Positions 50,717 to 63,855 of a stretch of 64,000 nt of DNA are shown here, piece by piece. This DNA is from Gekko japonicus (Eukaryota), in the NCBI RefSeq assembly GCF_001447785.1, contig NW_015171536.1:483102-547101 (forward strand). Reading direction: 5' to 3'. Under the pieces are notes generated by a model. That model saw nothing but the letters and a program-made list of their open reading frames with translations. It was not told the origin of the DNA and did not search any database. The translations under genes and the position numbers were made by a program. The first letter of the stretch is position 1; each line of letters opens with the position of its first letter.

Positions 50717-51047
50717 ACTACACCTCTAAGCCAACAGATCATCCCAGAAAAGCTAAAGGACCACCTTCTCCTACAAAAAAAATATATATATCCAGTTACA
50801 TCATAGAGAGTCAGTGTTGTATAATGGTTAGAGTGACAGACGTGACCTGGTAGGATGCAGGTTCAAATCCCCTCCCCTCTTTCAGAGGCTCAGTAGGTGG
50901 ACTTGGACCTGTTTCATTTTCTTTCCACCTAACCTGCTTGCAGGGTTGTTGTGAGGATAAAGAGAAGAGTGTAAAGCAAAAATACTAAATACCCCCCAAA
51001 AAAGCTGCCAGCTTGGATGCTTAGCTATCCCTTATGGATTTGGTTGT

Positions 51048-51176
51048 NNNNNNNNNNNNNNNNNNNNNNNNNNNNNNNNNNNNNNNNNNNNNNNNNNNNN
51101 NNNNNNNNNNNNNNNNNNNNNNNNNNNNNNNNNNNNNNNNNNNNNNNNNNNNNNNNNNNNNNNNNNNNNNNNNNNN
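51048..51176. other. Assembly gap (other gaps at 37504-37513 and 37791-37814)
   Basis: Runs of N. Confidence 1.
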
Positions 51177-52499
51177 TGGGGGGTAAGAAACCAAAACAGA
51201 TTACCTTTGACTTAGGGCACAGCTGCTGTGGCATGTGGCAATGACATAATCACCACAATGCACCTGTGCAGAGTCTCCATGCTTGCCACAGGCTTCCCAT
51301 ACCAAATGGGACTCACCGTGCCATTCCATATTGCAACACTTACAGTGCCAGGGCCCCCCGAGAGACTTTGAGAGGTCCTCCGGTAGCCTCTTGATGCACC
51401 CGTGTCCCACACCCATGTCCCTCACTATGACAAGAAGCCCTTCCAGGTGCCCAGCAGCTGCTGTTACAGATACTGTCAGTCCCTCTATCCATTGCTGCCC
51501 CCTGGAAAATGCCTACTGCCACTCGGATGGCTCTCCAGCTGCTCCTGCTTGGTTGCTGCCCACATGGAGGGTAGGGTTGGTGAGATGGGCTCTCCCGGAA
51601 TACATGAGAGTAATAACAACAGTATTATATCTCTTAAAATACCTCATACATATATGTCTAATTGCAGGCACTACACTATTTTTTAACATTTAAGCGCTGT
51701 CAAAAACATTTCATTACCATTTTCTATTAATCCAGATCTAAGTATATCTTAAAATTTCATAATCACACAAGTCTATAATTTTTGCTCTATTGTTTACTAC
51801 ATTTTATTTTATATGATTTTTTAAAATAATAATTTTTAGTTGCCTGGTGACTTCCCATGAGATGGAAAGGCAGTATCTAAATGCTTTAAATAAACAATAC
51901 AGTCTGCCTCTTCTATGGGTTAATGTGCCCAGGAACTTGTTGGAAGGCTTGTGATACCATTGGTCTTGCTGAAGGTAAGTATATCTGGGTCTGGGACACC
52001 TTCTGGAAATATCCAAGATATCAGGTTTTTGACCTTAGACCACTGAGAGTTAATTCAAACTCTTACTCTGTTTGGCATAGTGATTGCTTATTAATTCATT
52101 TCGATAATCAGAATGTAACCCTATATTGAAAATCAATGAAAATAAAACAGGAAATTTCAATTGTTCTTTTCCCAAAATAATTGACTGGGGGGGGGGAATG
52201 GTTTAAGTGATACTTGGATCCAAAGTGTGTTGGATCCAAAGATCTTTTCTGCCAGAGGCACAACATTTCCATTGGTGGATGAGGAGTGGTAATTATTGCC
52301 TATTCCCCTTCTCACTGCAGACCCCATCTTTTAGACTGTGTATGAGGGTCCCCAGATCCTCAGGAGCAGAAATTGTTGGCTTACAGTGCCATCCTGCACA
52401 GTGTCACATCCTTACAAGCCCAATGCATTCAGTGTACTTGGAACAGTGTAATTCTGTTTAGGATAGGTAGATTCAAGTCCAGTAGCATCTCAGAGACCA

Positions 52500-52975
52500 G
52501 CAAGAATTTTTGGGGTGTAAGCTCTCAAGAGTCAAACTTCCCTTCATCAGATATCTTTATCAGAAGAAAGCTTTGACTCTTGAAAGCATCTACCCCAAAA
52601 ATCGTGTTGGTCTGTAAGGTGCTACCAGACTTGAATCTAGCTATTCTACTGAAACTCTATGCTCTGAAAATCTGCTTGGGATGGCACTGTGAGTGGGCTG
52701 CAGCAGGAAAGGGTGGCAGGAATGTCCCATTTCATGATATTATTCCCCTTTGCAGTCTTTTGAACGCACCACAGTATGTTGTGTTCAATGGTGCAACTCA
52801 AGGCAATGCAAGAATTTTTGGGGTGTAAGCTCTCAAGAGTCAAACTTCCCTTCATCAGATATCTTTATCAGAAGAAAGCTTTGACTCTTGAAAGCATCTA
52901 CCCCAAAAATCGTGTTGGTCTGTAAGGTGCTACCAGACTTGAATCTAGCTATTCTACTGAAACTCTATGCTCTGA
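52500..52975. repeat. 168-bp identical direct duplication (52500-52667 and 52808-52975) containing most of a palindromic MITE-like repeat
   Basis: Direct comparison of the two copies. Confidence 0.9.
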
Positions 52976-53418
52976 GCACTTTATGCTTCATTTGGATGAC
53001 AAAATCCTTACTTCTATATTACTAATCAGCAGCTATTTTCTAGACCCAAATCTCTCACACCTGAAAGGCTTTTTGCATTTTTCTAAATGGAGACAGAATC
53101 TGCAGAAATGTGTTTTTGTTTTGTTTTTTTACACAAGAAACTGTGTTGAAGTGAATGGGGATGCTTTGTGTGTAACAACATACATTTCATTTGGAACATA
53201 GCTTTCAGTGTGATGCAAGAGCCTATGGCTGCAGTCAGATGTGCCATTTGGTGCAGAGGGGAAGTAAGTCTATTTTCCCTGGTTGAAATTGACACAGCAT
53301 TGCATGATCACACATCCTTTGTAGGTTTAGGCTCAGCCCATCACTGCCTGATCAGATGGCATGTTTGTTCCTTTTTTTCCTTTTGTTCCCCATGTGCATA
53401 AATGAGGAATCACACCTC

Positions 53419-53680
53419 CACACTGAGGGTTCCCCATGGAGTATGTGATTATGCATACTGGTAAGGGAGGGGAAAAAACCAGCACGAGTCGCAATGGAAT
53501 GAGCAGACTATCCTGACAGCATGAGAGCATGCTTGAGCAACCAGAGGGCCACACTGAGGATTCCCCATGGAGTATGCGGTTATGCGCATACAGCTAAGCG
53601 AGGAAAAAAACCCAGCACCGAGTCAGGATGGAATGAGCAGACCATCCCGATGGCATGAGAGTGTGCTTGAGCGATCAGGT
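53419..53680. repeat. Diverged tandem duplication with a ~131-bp unit, related to the MITE interior at about 34090
   Basis: cacactgagg.ttccccatggagtatg...ggaatgagcagac...catgagag..tgcttgagc occurs twice. Confidence 0.8.
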
Positions 53681-53937
53681 AGGGGAAAATCTGTCTGTAG
53701 CCCATTGGCAAGCATTAGGACCAGACTTTTCCCAGTGTCTTTTAACTCTGCTTCTGTGGTGGGGCAGCACAGGGTGCTGATGACTGCAGGACCTTTTCCA
53801 GATGTTGCTGTCTGATCATGCCCTTTAGATCTGTCAGGCATTCACAGCTGAGTTGGATCTATAGGCACGTCTGACTGTGACCTATGATTTTTTGGCATTA
53901 TATTCCAAACTCATATCTTAAAAAGTTTTAAATGTAC

Positions 53938-54191
53938 CTGATTGGACTGTTGGCATTATCTGGATCTCTGGCACTCACAGCCCCTACAAATGAACCAACT
54001 GCAGCCCCTTCAGAAATCTCCATTACATATTCCTTTGAGGTGAATACTGGAGGTTCATCAGCATCTTCCACACTGATCTTAAGATTAGTTGTGTCTTCAA
54101 ATGGCCCATCTTGTTGGAAACGCTCATCGATGTATCTGTTGATACCTTTGACTCTAACTTCGTATCGACTTCTGTTTTCATAATCTACTCT
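53938..54191 (-). CDS. CDH19: CDH19 coding exon, EC3 end and EC4 start (RVDYENRSRY...DGPFEDTT...EDADEPPVF...SARDPDNANSPIR)
   Basis: Manual translation shows VDYE, DADEPP and ARDPD motifs; ctacag acceptor and gtacat donor; 254 nt. Confidence 0.93.
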
Positions 54192-54864
54192 CTGTAGAGA
54201 GAGAGAAAATGGAAAGTGGAATATTCCTCTTAAAGCATTAGGAAATTAATTATAGATCAATGATGAGTGGAAGATTAAAGGCAAGAAAGAATGGTACACT
54301 TCTTTGGGGACTGTTTGGAAAGTAGTTAGTGCTTTGTTTTTTTCTTGCTGTAAAAACATGTTAATTATTCATCTTTGCTCTAACTGGGCCCAGCTTTACT
54401 ACTTGGGCTGACTTTCAGGGCTCCATGGTTTCTTCCCATGTCACAGCTAAAATATCATTGTGGTAGAAACAATTTACCCTTTGTCCCTTTCTGGATGATT
54501 TAATGCTGACAGCTGTGTTAATGCTTTTTTGTTTTCCAGGTAGACATTTCTCATTGACATCTCACTAGTAATTTTGATTAAAAACTCTACTGAGGAAATC
54601 ATTTCCTGAAATTTTCTGTTAGTGAATGGGAAAGAAAATATATCAACTTTCATTTGCTTTCAAGCTTCTGGCTAGTAGGGGAGCTGGCAAGGGACGAAGC
54701 AGGAAGGCCCTGCTAGCTGGTTAGCAGAAGATTAATAAATATATAGTGGCTTTTAATGCTCCTCTTTTGACTGGTACTTAAGGCCTGGATTCTAAAGGGA
54801 CATGCAGAAAAGCTCTTGTCTTTCAGGCTATGTGTTGGGGGAAAGTGGGAGAGAGGGAGGCTGA

Positions 54865-55307
54865 GGCCCCGGTCACACTGGGGGAAAAGGCACGGCTAAA
54901 GTGTGGCTTTTTTGAGCCACATCAAAAGAGAAGCACGGTGGCGGGATCAGACAGATCCCCCCAGCCGCCGTGCAGGTCCTCCCCAGCATGATCAGATGCT
55001 GGGAGGAAGCCATGGACCAGAGAGCAAGGCAAGCCCGCTGCGCATGCATGTGCATGCGCAGTTTGGCAGGACCTTGCATGCTGTGGGAGAGACGGGCGTG
55101 CTGGCGATCAGCTGGCCGTCCCTGCAGCGGATTTTCTGGTAGGTACTAGTGTTTTCTAGGTTTTTAAAAATCTGCATCTTCAGCTGGAAGAGACGGATCG
55201 GGGACGGGTGTGCGCCGCTTCCCAGATCTTGCGGTGTGATTGCACCCGCTTGATGCACCTCCAATCCGTCCCTCTTGCGGATCTAATCCTCTCGTGTGAT
55301 GGGGGCC
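54865..55307. mobile_element. PIF/Harbinger-type MITE
   Basis: TIRs ggccccggtcacac / gtgtgatgggggcc; 3-bp TSD tga/tga. Confidence 0.8.
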
Positions 55308-55789
55308 TGAGACTAGCTATTCACCCAGAAGCCTCTCCCCCTCTATGGTTTGGTTCTGTTGTATTTTTTCATTGTAAGGTATTTTTTGTTTCCCATTTGG
55401 AAAGAAAGCAGAAAATAAATAGGCGTTTTGTTACTAAACAAAAAGGAGTCATAATGTGGGGCTTGCAATGTATTCATTTCTCTTATTAAATGAAAACTCT
55501 TCACCAACACCAAAAACATAATTCCGTTTACATGTTAGGTGATTGTGGAAGGCTCTGGTGTTACTATTACAAGTACTCCATATCATAGAATGATGGACGT
55601 GTCCCCTTTTCTCCTATAGGATACCAAATAAGGTTTACAAGTGCCTGGTTGTACTTTAAAACATTCTTGCTTGTAAGTAAGCCTGGTAACTGATGGGTAG
55701 CAACAAAGTGATTGCAGAATGGCAGTAATATGTATGTTCCAGCTAGGTCTCTATAATAACCTAGCTGCAGCATTCTCTACTAACTGGGG

Positions 55790-56040
55790 TCTCCAATCTG
55801 ACATGGAGGGGAGACCTATACAGAGTGCATTACAGTAGTCTAGTCTCCATGTTACCATAATGTGGATCAAGGTGGCCAGATACCTGTGTCAAGGAAGGAA
55901 GCTTGTAAACTAGACTGACTTAGAAGAAAGCTTTTTCGCAGGTATAGTAACTTGCTTTGCCAGCATCTGGTATGACCCTTAGGCTGAGTCAGCAAGGGTT
56001 TGCTGAACCCACATCAAAAGTGAGCAGCCCAATGTCCTTC
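55790..56040 (-). mobile_element. L2-clade LINE fragment
   Basis: Reverse translation gives RLDYCNALYIGLP. Confidence 0.7.
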
Positions 56041-56055
56041 AAGATCTCCACCTCC

Positions 56056-57170
56056 CAATAGAGATCTGGAAAGAAAAACTAGCTGAGTATGCAACACTGG
56101 CAAAATTAACCAATTATATAAACAAAAGACCACTGAATTAATTTCAGCTTATTACTCATACTATGGTGTCCAATTCCCCAGGCATTCAAATAAATCCACG
56201 TTTGTAGCAAAGTAACATTTATTAAAGCGATGGTGAAAACAGGTACACAAGGATTGTTAAGAATGGAGACTACCTCTGGGGTACATGATAATAACCAAAA
56301 TCAAAACAAGCCGTGGCCAATGGGTCCTTTTCCCGCGTGCGGGAAAGCAGGTGAAACAGGCGCCCAAAACCCCTGGGAACAAACTGTCTGAAACATAAAC
56401 AGTAATTCGCTTCCCAAGCCCTAGCCTATTATAATCAAAGCAAAGACAAAACTCCTTCCATCCTCCAGCAGTCGACCTTGGGCATTATCTAAGTTCCAAA
56501 GCAGCCCTAACAAACGGGGAAAGGCATTTACCTAATGAGCACAGTAGAAGTAAAAGCTGGTAATCTTCTAGGGGGGTGGGGAAGTGGATTAGCTCACGCA
56601 GGAAGCATACACAGTTACACAGAACTCCATGGCAGCTTGCTGACATATGGGAATAATTAATCTTTTTCCTTTTTTAGTTCTGGAATTATTTGAATATCAC
56701 ATTAAAGATGATGAAGATATTGATTATAATTTCAGTATTTTATTTTGTACTCCATTAGTATTTAAATAATCAGTAAGAATAAAATTCAGATTTAGATAAA
56801 TAATTAAGACAATCTCAGGATTAAGACAATATTTAGGTTTTTATTATAGAAGTCCATTCAACCGTTAAAGATGTATTCTCTTTTATCATTAATAATATAT
56901 CATTGCTAATTTTAAGAGAGTTTTTGTAAATTCCTTAAAGAGAGAATCGAACCCAAAATTCTGTAATATTGATGCTTTATTGTTTCTATATTTGAATTAT
57001 GTAATACATTTGGTAATGCATATGAGTTTACTTGTTGTATGTAACGATTCATAATATTTAACAAACTTGATGAATCTATATTTTCCCCCTCCCCTTCTTC
57101 CCTTCTGTATTGCCCCTTTTTTCTTCTTGAGAAAATAATTAAAAATAATTAAACAATTAAAAAGAAGAAA
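56056..57170 (+). mobile_element. 5'-truncated L1-like LINE
   Basis: 15-bp perfect TSD aagatctccacctcc (56041-56055 and 57171-57185); A-rich tail; ORF2-end-like peptide WKEKLAEYATLAKLT. Confidence 0.75.
56167..56645 (-). mobile_element. Solo LTR (479 bp) nested in the L1 fragment
   Basis: TGTC...GACA ends; perfect 5-bp TSD tatgg. Confidence 0.85.
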
Positions 57171-58048
57171 AAGATCTCCACCTCCTGAACCAGCATCAGT
57201 TCTATCTTGTCCACTGGGGCTCCTCCCCTTCCCAAACTCCACCCTCCCCAGACCTTCTGAAATTTTCCAACTCAAAGTTGGCAACCTTATCTGAAGTGAT
57301 AGTAATTTCAAAAAGTAATTTGTTATGATACAAAACACATGAAGAAGTGATATCTGCAATACATTACAATGCCAACATGTCTGTTTGTGAAGTACGTTTT
57401 GGTTCTAACTATAAATCTATCTGAATGGAAGAAAAATCCCTGAAATTAGAGGATGGTCTATCCAGGCATTAAGAATCAACATTTTTTTGCCCATTGATGA
57501 CAAATCTATATTAAAATAATTAAACTAGCTCTTTTTCTGCATGCTGCAGCTACTCCTAGACTCTGTTTTTAGGAGAATGGGCACTGGAAATCCATGATAG
57601 TGTTGATCATCCTTTCAAATTTATTTTATTTGCAGTTGCAGCAAGTAAAATATTGGATTGGGAGTTGGGACCACTGTGCTAGAGAGTGGTTACCTTTCCC
57701 TCTCATATATGTACTCATATAGAAAATGTATGGGTATGTTATAACCTATCACAGCAAATAGCTGAAGGGGTTGGGGGATTTCTCTGAGAGAGGTTTGAAT
57801 TGTTTCTCCCAAGGCCCAACTGTAGTTTTGCTCCAATATGATTTCTCCACCCCTGCAACTAAAATGATTTAAAGGGATAAAGGATCCAGTCATAGTCTCC
57901 AGTATGCCATCTAGTTTGGCCCTCAGAAACTGGCTTTTATATGCATATATAGCTCATCACAGGCAGCAAACAATATTATAACAGCCAGAGTATTTGACCA
58001 TGCTATTAGTTTTCATGCTATTTCTTTAAGTATGCCTTGGTGACTCAC

Positions 58049-58233
58049 CTTCTTTAATATGACAATTCCTTCTTGAGTCTTATTGTTGCTAATGATGTAA
58101 AAGACGTGAGAAGCATGTCCTTCTATTTCATATTTCATTGCTGCATTATCTCCTATGTCACTGTCTTCTGCCATGATTTTGCCTACAGTGGTTCCTATGG
58201 GTGCCGCCTCAGAGATACTCATATGATAACGTC
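58049..58233 (-). CDS. CDH19: CDH19 coding exon, EC3 N-terminal half
   Basis: ORF 58013-58222 gives SISEAAPIGTTVGKIMAEDSDIGDNAAMKY...TQEGIVILKK; AG/GT boundaries; 185 nt. Confidence 0.93.
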
Positions 58234-59959
58234 CTTAAAGAAACAGCTGTCAGTATGGTGACAGTCTCAACAAACTCTTGAACATCAACATGAGAACAAC
58301 TAAGAATAAGCCACTCTAGAGTCCTATGGTTAATTGGTCACATGAAGAATGACAGTTAAGAAACTTTTCCTTTAGCTCCTCTTACAAAATCCTTTCTTTG
58401 GTGAGACCTGTCATATCAGTCTTCACGGATTTGTTCAAGACAACATATTCCAACTGCACTTTTCTGTTTGTCTTAAGTTTTCTTTATGTCTGAATAAAAG
58501 GATCAGGGCATGAACTAACTAGCATTATTGTACAGCAAACACATTTCTCAATATGATTCAATATATTTTTCTAGTTGTGTTTTTATTTGGAAATATGTGT
58601 CCTGTATAAAGAATGGGTATTACAAGTGTTTTGAAACACTGGACTGGAAAACAAAATCAGCATCCATGCTGATGCTGTTGTCCCCCCCCCCCTTCTCAGT
58701 ATGTGCATCATCGCATACTGCTGTAGGAAGCCCTCAGTGTGAAGATGCGATTAATTGATCCTCCATTTAATCAAATTAAAAACAAACAGCAACCCCCCCG
58801 ACTCACTTATGATTGCGTCTGATCACGCAGTGGGGGGCTATGTCCGCAGCTTCAAAGAACTGTGTGATTGCGCAACTGCGGGTCAATTTCCTCCAGGGTA
58901 AATACCCTCATTTCCCCCATGCGTTATCTTGCACTTGTCACCACAACCTATAGACACATTGCTCTGAGACATTTTGTATCAACAATCATAAAGAATATTT
59001 AAGCTACTATCCCCAAAAGAGACAGAGAAAGATACTGGGATTAGATTATCCATAGTAAATTAAAGCCCCTCTGCTCAGCATGAGCAGAGAGACAGGGTGG
59101 CTCAGAGCCCTGACAACCAACACCCAAACTCCAGCAGGGAAGTGGAGTTCACAATCAGGAGGAAATGCATGAATGTACTGTGCTATTCCGCTTTTAAGAA
59201 GTTCCCTGCGATGCTAACAGCCAACAGAAAAAACAGTGTGGAACTGAACATATATATAGCTTTCTGATCCCAAAGAGCAGAGTGGGAACAGCCATCAGTG
59301 CCTGTTAAGCTTTGGAGGGGTCCTACTGGTTTTCCAAGGCTGGAGAGTTCCACCCTCCTGTTACCTTGTAGTTTTGTAAACAGTTTAATTGAGTAGAGAC
59401 AATCTGTCTGGAAATGTATCCATTAATGAACCATCACAAACCACCATGAACAGCACCAAAGTTCATGGAATGTTCGTATTGGGCACCCTTCCATGAACAT
59501 TCCTTTGTGAACCATGAACCAGCCAAAATTCATGACAAACTTTAATTTGTGAGCTAGTTAGCCCATTCCTAATTGCAAATAGGGTAAAAATATTCACCTT
59601 GTCTTACCACAGCTATTCTACAAATTTCAACCTGTTTTCAATGGCTTTAAGTGTTATAGGTCCCAAAGAAAAACCTTGAGAACTCTAGGTTTTTTGTAGG
59701 GTTCAGATCTGTTTGTCTTCCAACCCGAAAACTCTTTCTAGGGCACCACTTGGAGGACTTTTATGCCATGAAGGTAATGTATCTTTGAATGGGATCTCAA
59801 ACAGGTAAAATGTTTATGATGTAATCTCTGTACACTAATCTGGTATTAAGCACATGTCACCCTTGTTTGGTTTACTTCTGAGTAAGTGAGCGTAGCACTG
59901 CTCTATGATAAATTGGCAATGGGGTGCTACCAGAATGTGGATGACACATACTACTGAGT

Positions 59960-60900
59960 TGGGAGTGTTTGTGGAAATCCTGAACAGTTGTCAAGAGAAA
60001 GTAGTGGGATGGATGGGGACCAATAAACTGAAGCACATTCCAAAGAACACTGAGCTGCTATTGGCTACTGATACCACCACTCAAGGACTGATGGGTCAAC
60101 CTGTTGTGGAAGGGGTTGTACTCCTCATGAAGGAGAAAGTTCATTGCCTGGGAGTACTGCTGGAGCCTAGCCTACAGTTTGCGACTCAGGACTCTTCTGT
60201 GGTATGTAGCACCTTTTGAGAGCAGTCTGGTATAGTGGTTAAGAGTGGCAGACTCTAATCTGGAGAACCAGGTTTGATTCCCTGATCTTCCATATGCAGC
60301 CAACTGGGTGACCTTGGGTCGATCACAGTCATCTCAGAACTCTCTCATCCTCTCCTACCTCACAGGGTGTTTGTTGTGGGGAGAGGAAGGGAAGGGCATT
60401 GTAAACTATTCTGAGACTCCGAGTGAAGGGCAGGGTATAAATCCAACTCTTCTTCTTTTATCAGCTTTGCCTGATATGAAAGCTATGGCTGTTCCTCAAA
60501 AAGTGTTCCTCTAGTTATGGTGATGCAAGCTCTGATCACATCCAGATTAGATTACTGTAATGCACTTTACATGGGGCTGCAGTTAAAATCTATTTGGAAA
60601 CTTCAGTTGGTCCAAAATGTGATGTCCAAATTACTCTCAAAGGCTGGATACAAGGAATGTGCTGTACAATCTGCACTGTCACCAGATCATTTCTTTTTAT
60701 CCAGGCTTTTAACAGAGAGGGGTATCTTTTACAGCTGTTTTTATGGTTTACTTCTAGTTTGAGGATTGTCTTATCAACATAATTTTATACTGCTGATGTT
60801 ATTTTATGCTGCTTTATTCTGTAGTTTTTATGGTTTGTTGTTATGTTATGGCAATGTAATTTTGTGAGCTGTCTCAAGCATGTCTCTGGAGAGGTGGCAT
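59960..60900 (+). mobile_element. L2-clade LINE 3' fragment interrupted by a SINE
   Basis: WMGTNKLK..PKNTELL, LGVLL and VMQALITSRLDYCNALYMGL..LQLVQN peptides. Confidence 0.8.
60218..60458 (+). mobile_element. Squam3-like SINE inside the L2 fragment
   Basis: A box tggtatagtggttaag, B box ggtttgattcc, cttctt tail. Confidence 0.8.
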
Positions 60901-61013
60901 GTACATTTTCTAAATAATAAATACATTAATGTAAAATGCTGTCTATGTACTGCCGTTTATTGTATGTAAAATATTGAGAATTATCCCCCAAGCTTAGATG
61001 ATTTTCTACTCAC

Positions 61014-61178
61014 GGTGGGGAAATCGTGGAGGGTTGTCATTAACATCTGAGAGGTTGATAGTTACAGTTGTTGTTGCTAAACGTCCACCCATTTGACCAA
61101 TCATGTCTTGGACTTGGATGACAACAAAATACTGATCTATTGTTTCTCTGTCCAATGGAGAAGATGATCTTATCACTC
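61014..61178 (-). CDS. CDH19: CDH19 coding exon, EC2 C-terminal half ([55 protein letters not shown])
   Basis: LDRE and DVNDN calcium motifs; DMIGQ matches recalled CDH19; AG/GT boundaries; 165 nt. Confidence 0.93.
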
Positions 61179-62852
61179 CTTAAAAACATATAAAATTAAT
61201 GTGCTAAAAATATTTCTTGCAGTAACTTTTCTCCTATACTGTCATAAATATATATTCCACATCTTTGTTTGCAGTCCAGGCATGGTACTTCATATTCACC
61301 AACAGGCTTCCACATGTGAACTATTTTCTGCTTGCATGTAGGCTGCAGGAAAGATAATCCCACAACCAGCAAGAAAAGATGACATGGATGGCACCCCGTA
61401 CTGGGACTTTGTGAGTATTAACTGGGGGATAGAAGGTCAGTTCTAGTAGGTAACAAAACCACCAGTGTCAACCACCAGTTCACCAGGAAGATCCCTGTGT
61501 ACTACAGTGTTAGCCATTTGTAAGCAATTCTAAGCAGCTTTAGGGTTTTCCCCCCTTTGTAAGCTCAGTTGTCCTTTGCTCTCATTTTAAATGTGTCTAG
61601 AACACATGGATTCAAAGGAAATCAGTAACATTAATCCTATATTCTTCTGTAAACGCTTAACAGCCTACAATGATGAGATGGCTAGTTAAATGAGTGTTGG
61701 ACTAGGACTAGACTGTTGGGTTCCTTTTCTTTTAACCAAAAAATAGCTTTGAAAAAAAACTAAAGTGTGCATGGAGGAATGGAGAAGGAAGAGACGGTGG
61801 GAATGCTTGAACCCTTTCTCTCCAGTTGTTGTTTTTTTCTGATTAAAGTCCTGTGAGTGATCACCACTGTCCTGGGCTGCATCAGGGAAAGGGGGAAATG
61901 AGGAAAAATCCTTCCACAATAATTTGCAAATACCAATTATCACAAAGACAATATTCTCAGGGTTTTGAATGTGCATCCGATTTTTATGGCTTTGAAGGTG
62001 TATTTGATTTTACATAAAATCCTATCCTGTCCTTATATATCAATGTGTTTTTGCATGGCAACATTCTATGCTTGCCAAAATCAGTTGGCTGTCTGAACTG
62101 CCCATCAGAAGGTGTGCCTGAGTCCCGCCCACAGAGCCAACTCCCACCAAAACTCAATCCAAACAGTTTACTTCAGCAGCCGAGCAGCCATTTGCCTGAC
62201 TAGCCTTCTTCAGTCATCAGGAGAAGATCAGCGGAGGAGCCGCTGCAGCCATTTGCCTGCTGACCATTCTTCAGCCCTCGGGAAAGCCTTGCAGCAGGAA
62301 GGGCCCATCTTCCCCCCCAGCTGGATTCTGAGGTGAGCCAGCAGGGCCTGCCTGGGGGGGAGGGCTGCGGATGGCCTACCTGGGCAGGGGGGGCTGCCTG
62401 GGGGTGGGGGGCTGTGACTGGCTACCTGGGCTGATGGGGCCTGTCTGGAAGGTGGGAGGCCTGCGGCCGGCCTACCTGTTTCCCTGAAACCATCCAGCCC
62501 TAAACTATCTTGCTGGAAAACATTCCTCAGCCACACTTCTCTACCATAAATGACAACTTTCAAAACTATAGACATTTCACAACACTCATTTTCCAAGACT
62601 CTTCCTTCTCATTCCCACATAACCTACTGAGACTTTCATCACGACCACTCACTTTCAACCCACCTTCCCTTGAGACCTCTGCTCTAACAGGGTGGACAGT
62701 GCGACCACAACCACATTGAATGACATGGACATCCAACATAAAATGACTTTAGAGACTGCCCAGTTGTTGACACTACTCCACAGAACCCTGTGTGCAACTT
62801 TTTCTGGCCCACATTATGTGACCTTGGACACTGGCTATTGTGTAACATAAGG

Positions 62853-63597
62853 TGTGACGACCCCTTAACTGGGGAGGTCTGGCTTCCCTTTAAAGTGTTC
62901 TTTATGTTTGGTTCTACTGTGTATATATGGCTGCCACCAGGAAATTTAAGGCTTTCCAAACCTTTATACTTTCTTTTGGCTATCACTGGGTAGGTAGGTC
63001 GAGGTTTTAGGCTTTCATGAGGGTCTATGTGTTTCCTGAGAAATTTCTTTCAGAACTGGTATTTTAAATAAAAGTATATTTATTGATATAATTCGTAAAT
63101 AATATGGTAGAACACTGTAACTAGGAATGGGTAAATACTAAACAATTGCTTTGGGTATTTCACACACTTTTCTCTCCACTGTCAGGGATCTTGGCATGTA
63201 ACCGTGTAACTTTAACTCAAGGTCATGTAAGTTCACTGTTTCTCTCCAAGACATACAGCCTTTCCTAAACTTTGTCTTCAATTACTTTCATTTACATTTT
63301 ACTATTCTCTCAGAACAACCTCAGCTGTTCCTAACTGCACACACACAGACTGCTTCTCTCACAGACTTCAGAATGAACTAACTAACTTAACAATTGTCTT
63401 TATCAACTGTCAAAACTGTAACTGTCACTCTTGACAGACATACATTTTCATCCACTCAGAAACCCTTCCAAAACCCCTCCCCCTCTCTGTCAATCACCAA
63501 TCACACCACACTTGTCTCTTCAATCACTCTATCACAGCCACCATGCAACCAAACTTTTAAAGACACACACACACACATAAAACAAGGAATCATTACA
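62853..63597 (-). mobile_element. Solo LTR (745 bp)
   Basis: TGTGA...TTACA ends; TSD taagg/taagt. Confidence 0.65.
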
Positions 63598-63855
63598 TAA
63601 GTTATGTGAGACTTTACTTCCACATTTGTATCTTTCACTTACAGACTGCTAATATTTACTTTACCTCCTTCCAGCCTATGCATTTGTTACACATCACATC
63701 TTTCTAGAGCTCGTTGTATTGATTTCACAACAAGCTTTACTGCTAGTAAAATTATAATTTCAAATTGAGTTTGCCATTTTGTTCAGCCTTTTCTGTCACC
63801 TAAGTGGCTCCTTAGTGATACTCTAGAAGTTCTATGAAAAGATAACCAGCTATAC

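Noticed and set aside
10942-53680. CRISPR-like or other prokaryotic repeat-spacer systems
   Set aside because: The DNA is vertebrate intronic/intergenic sequence. The repeats are two-copy duplications or microsatellites, not regularly spaced arrays.
62340-62480. G-rich degenerate tandem repeats with G-quadruplex potential
   Set aside because: Probably a repeat-element interior; nothing supports a function.
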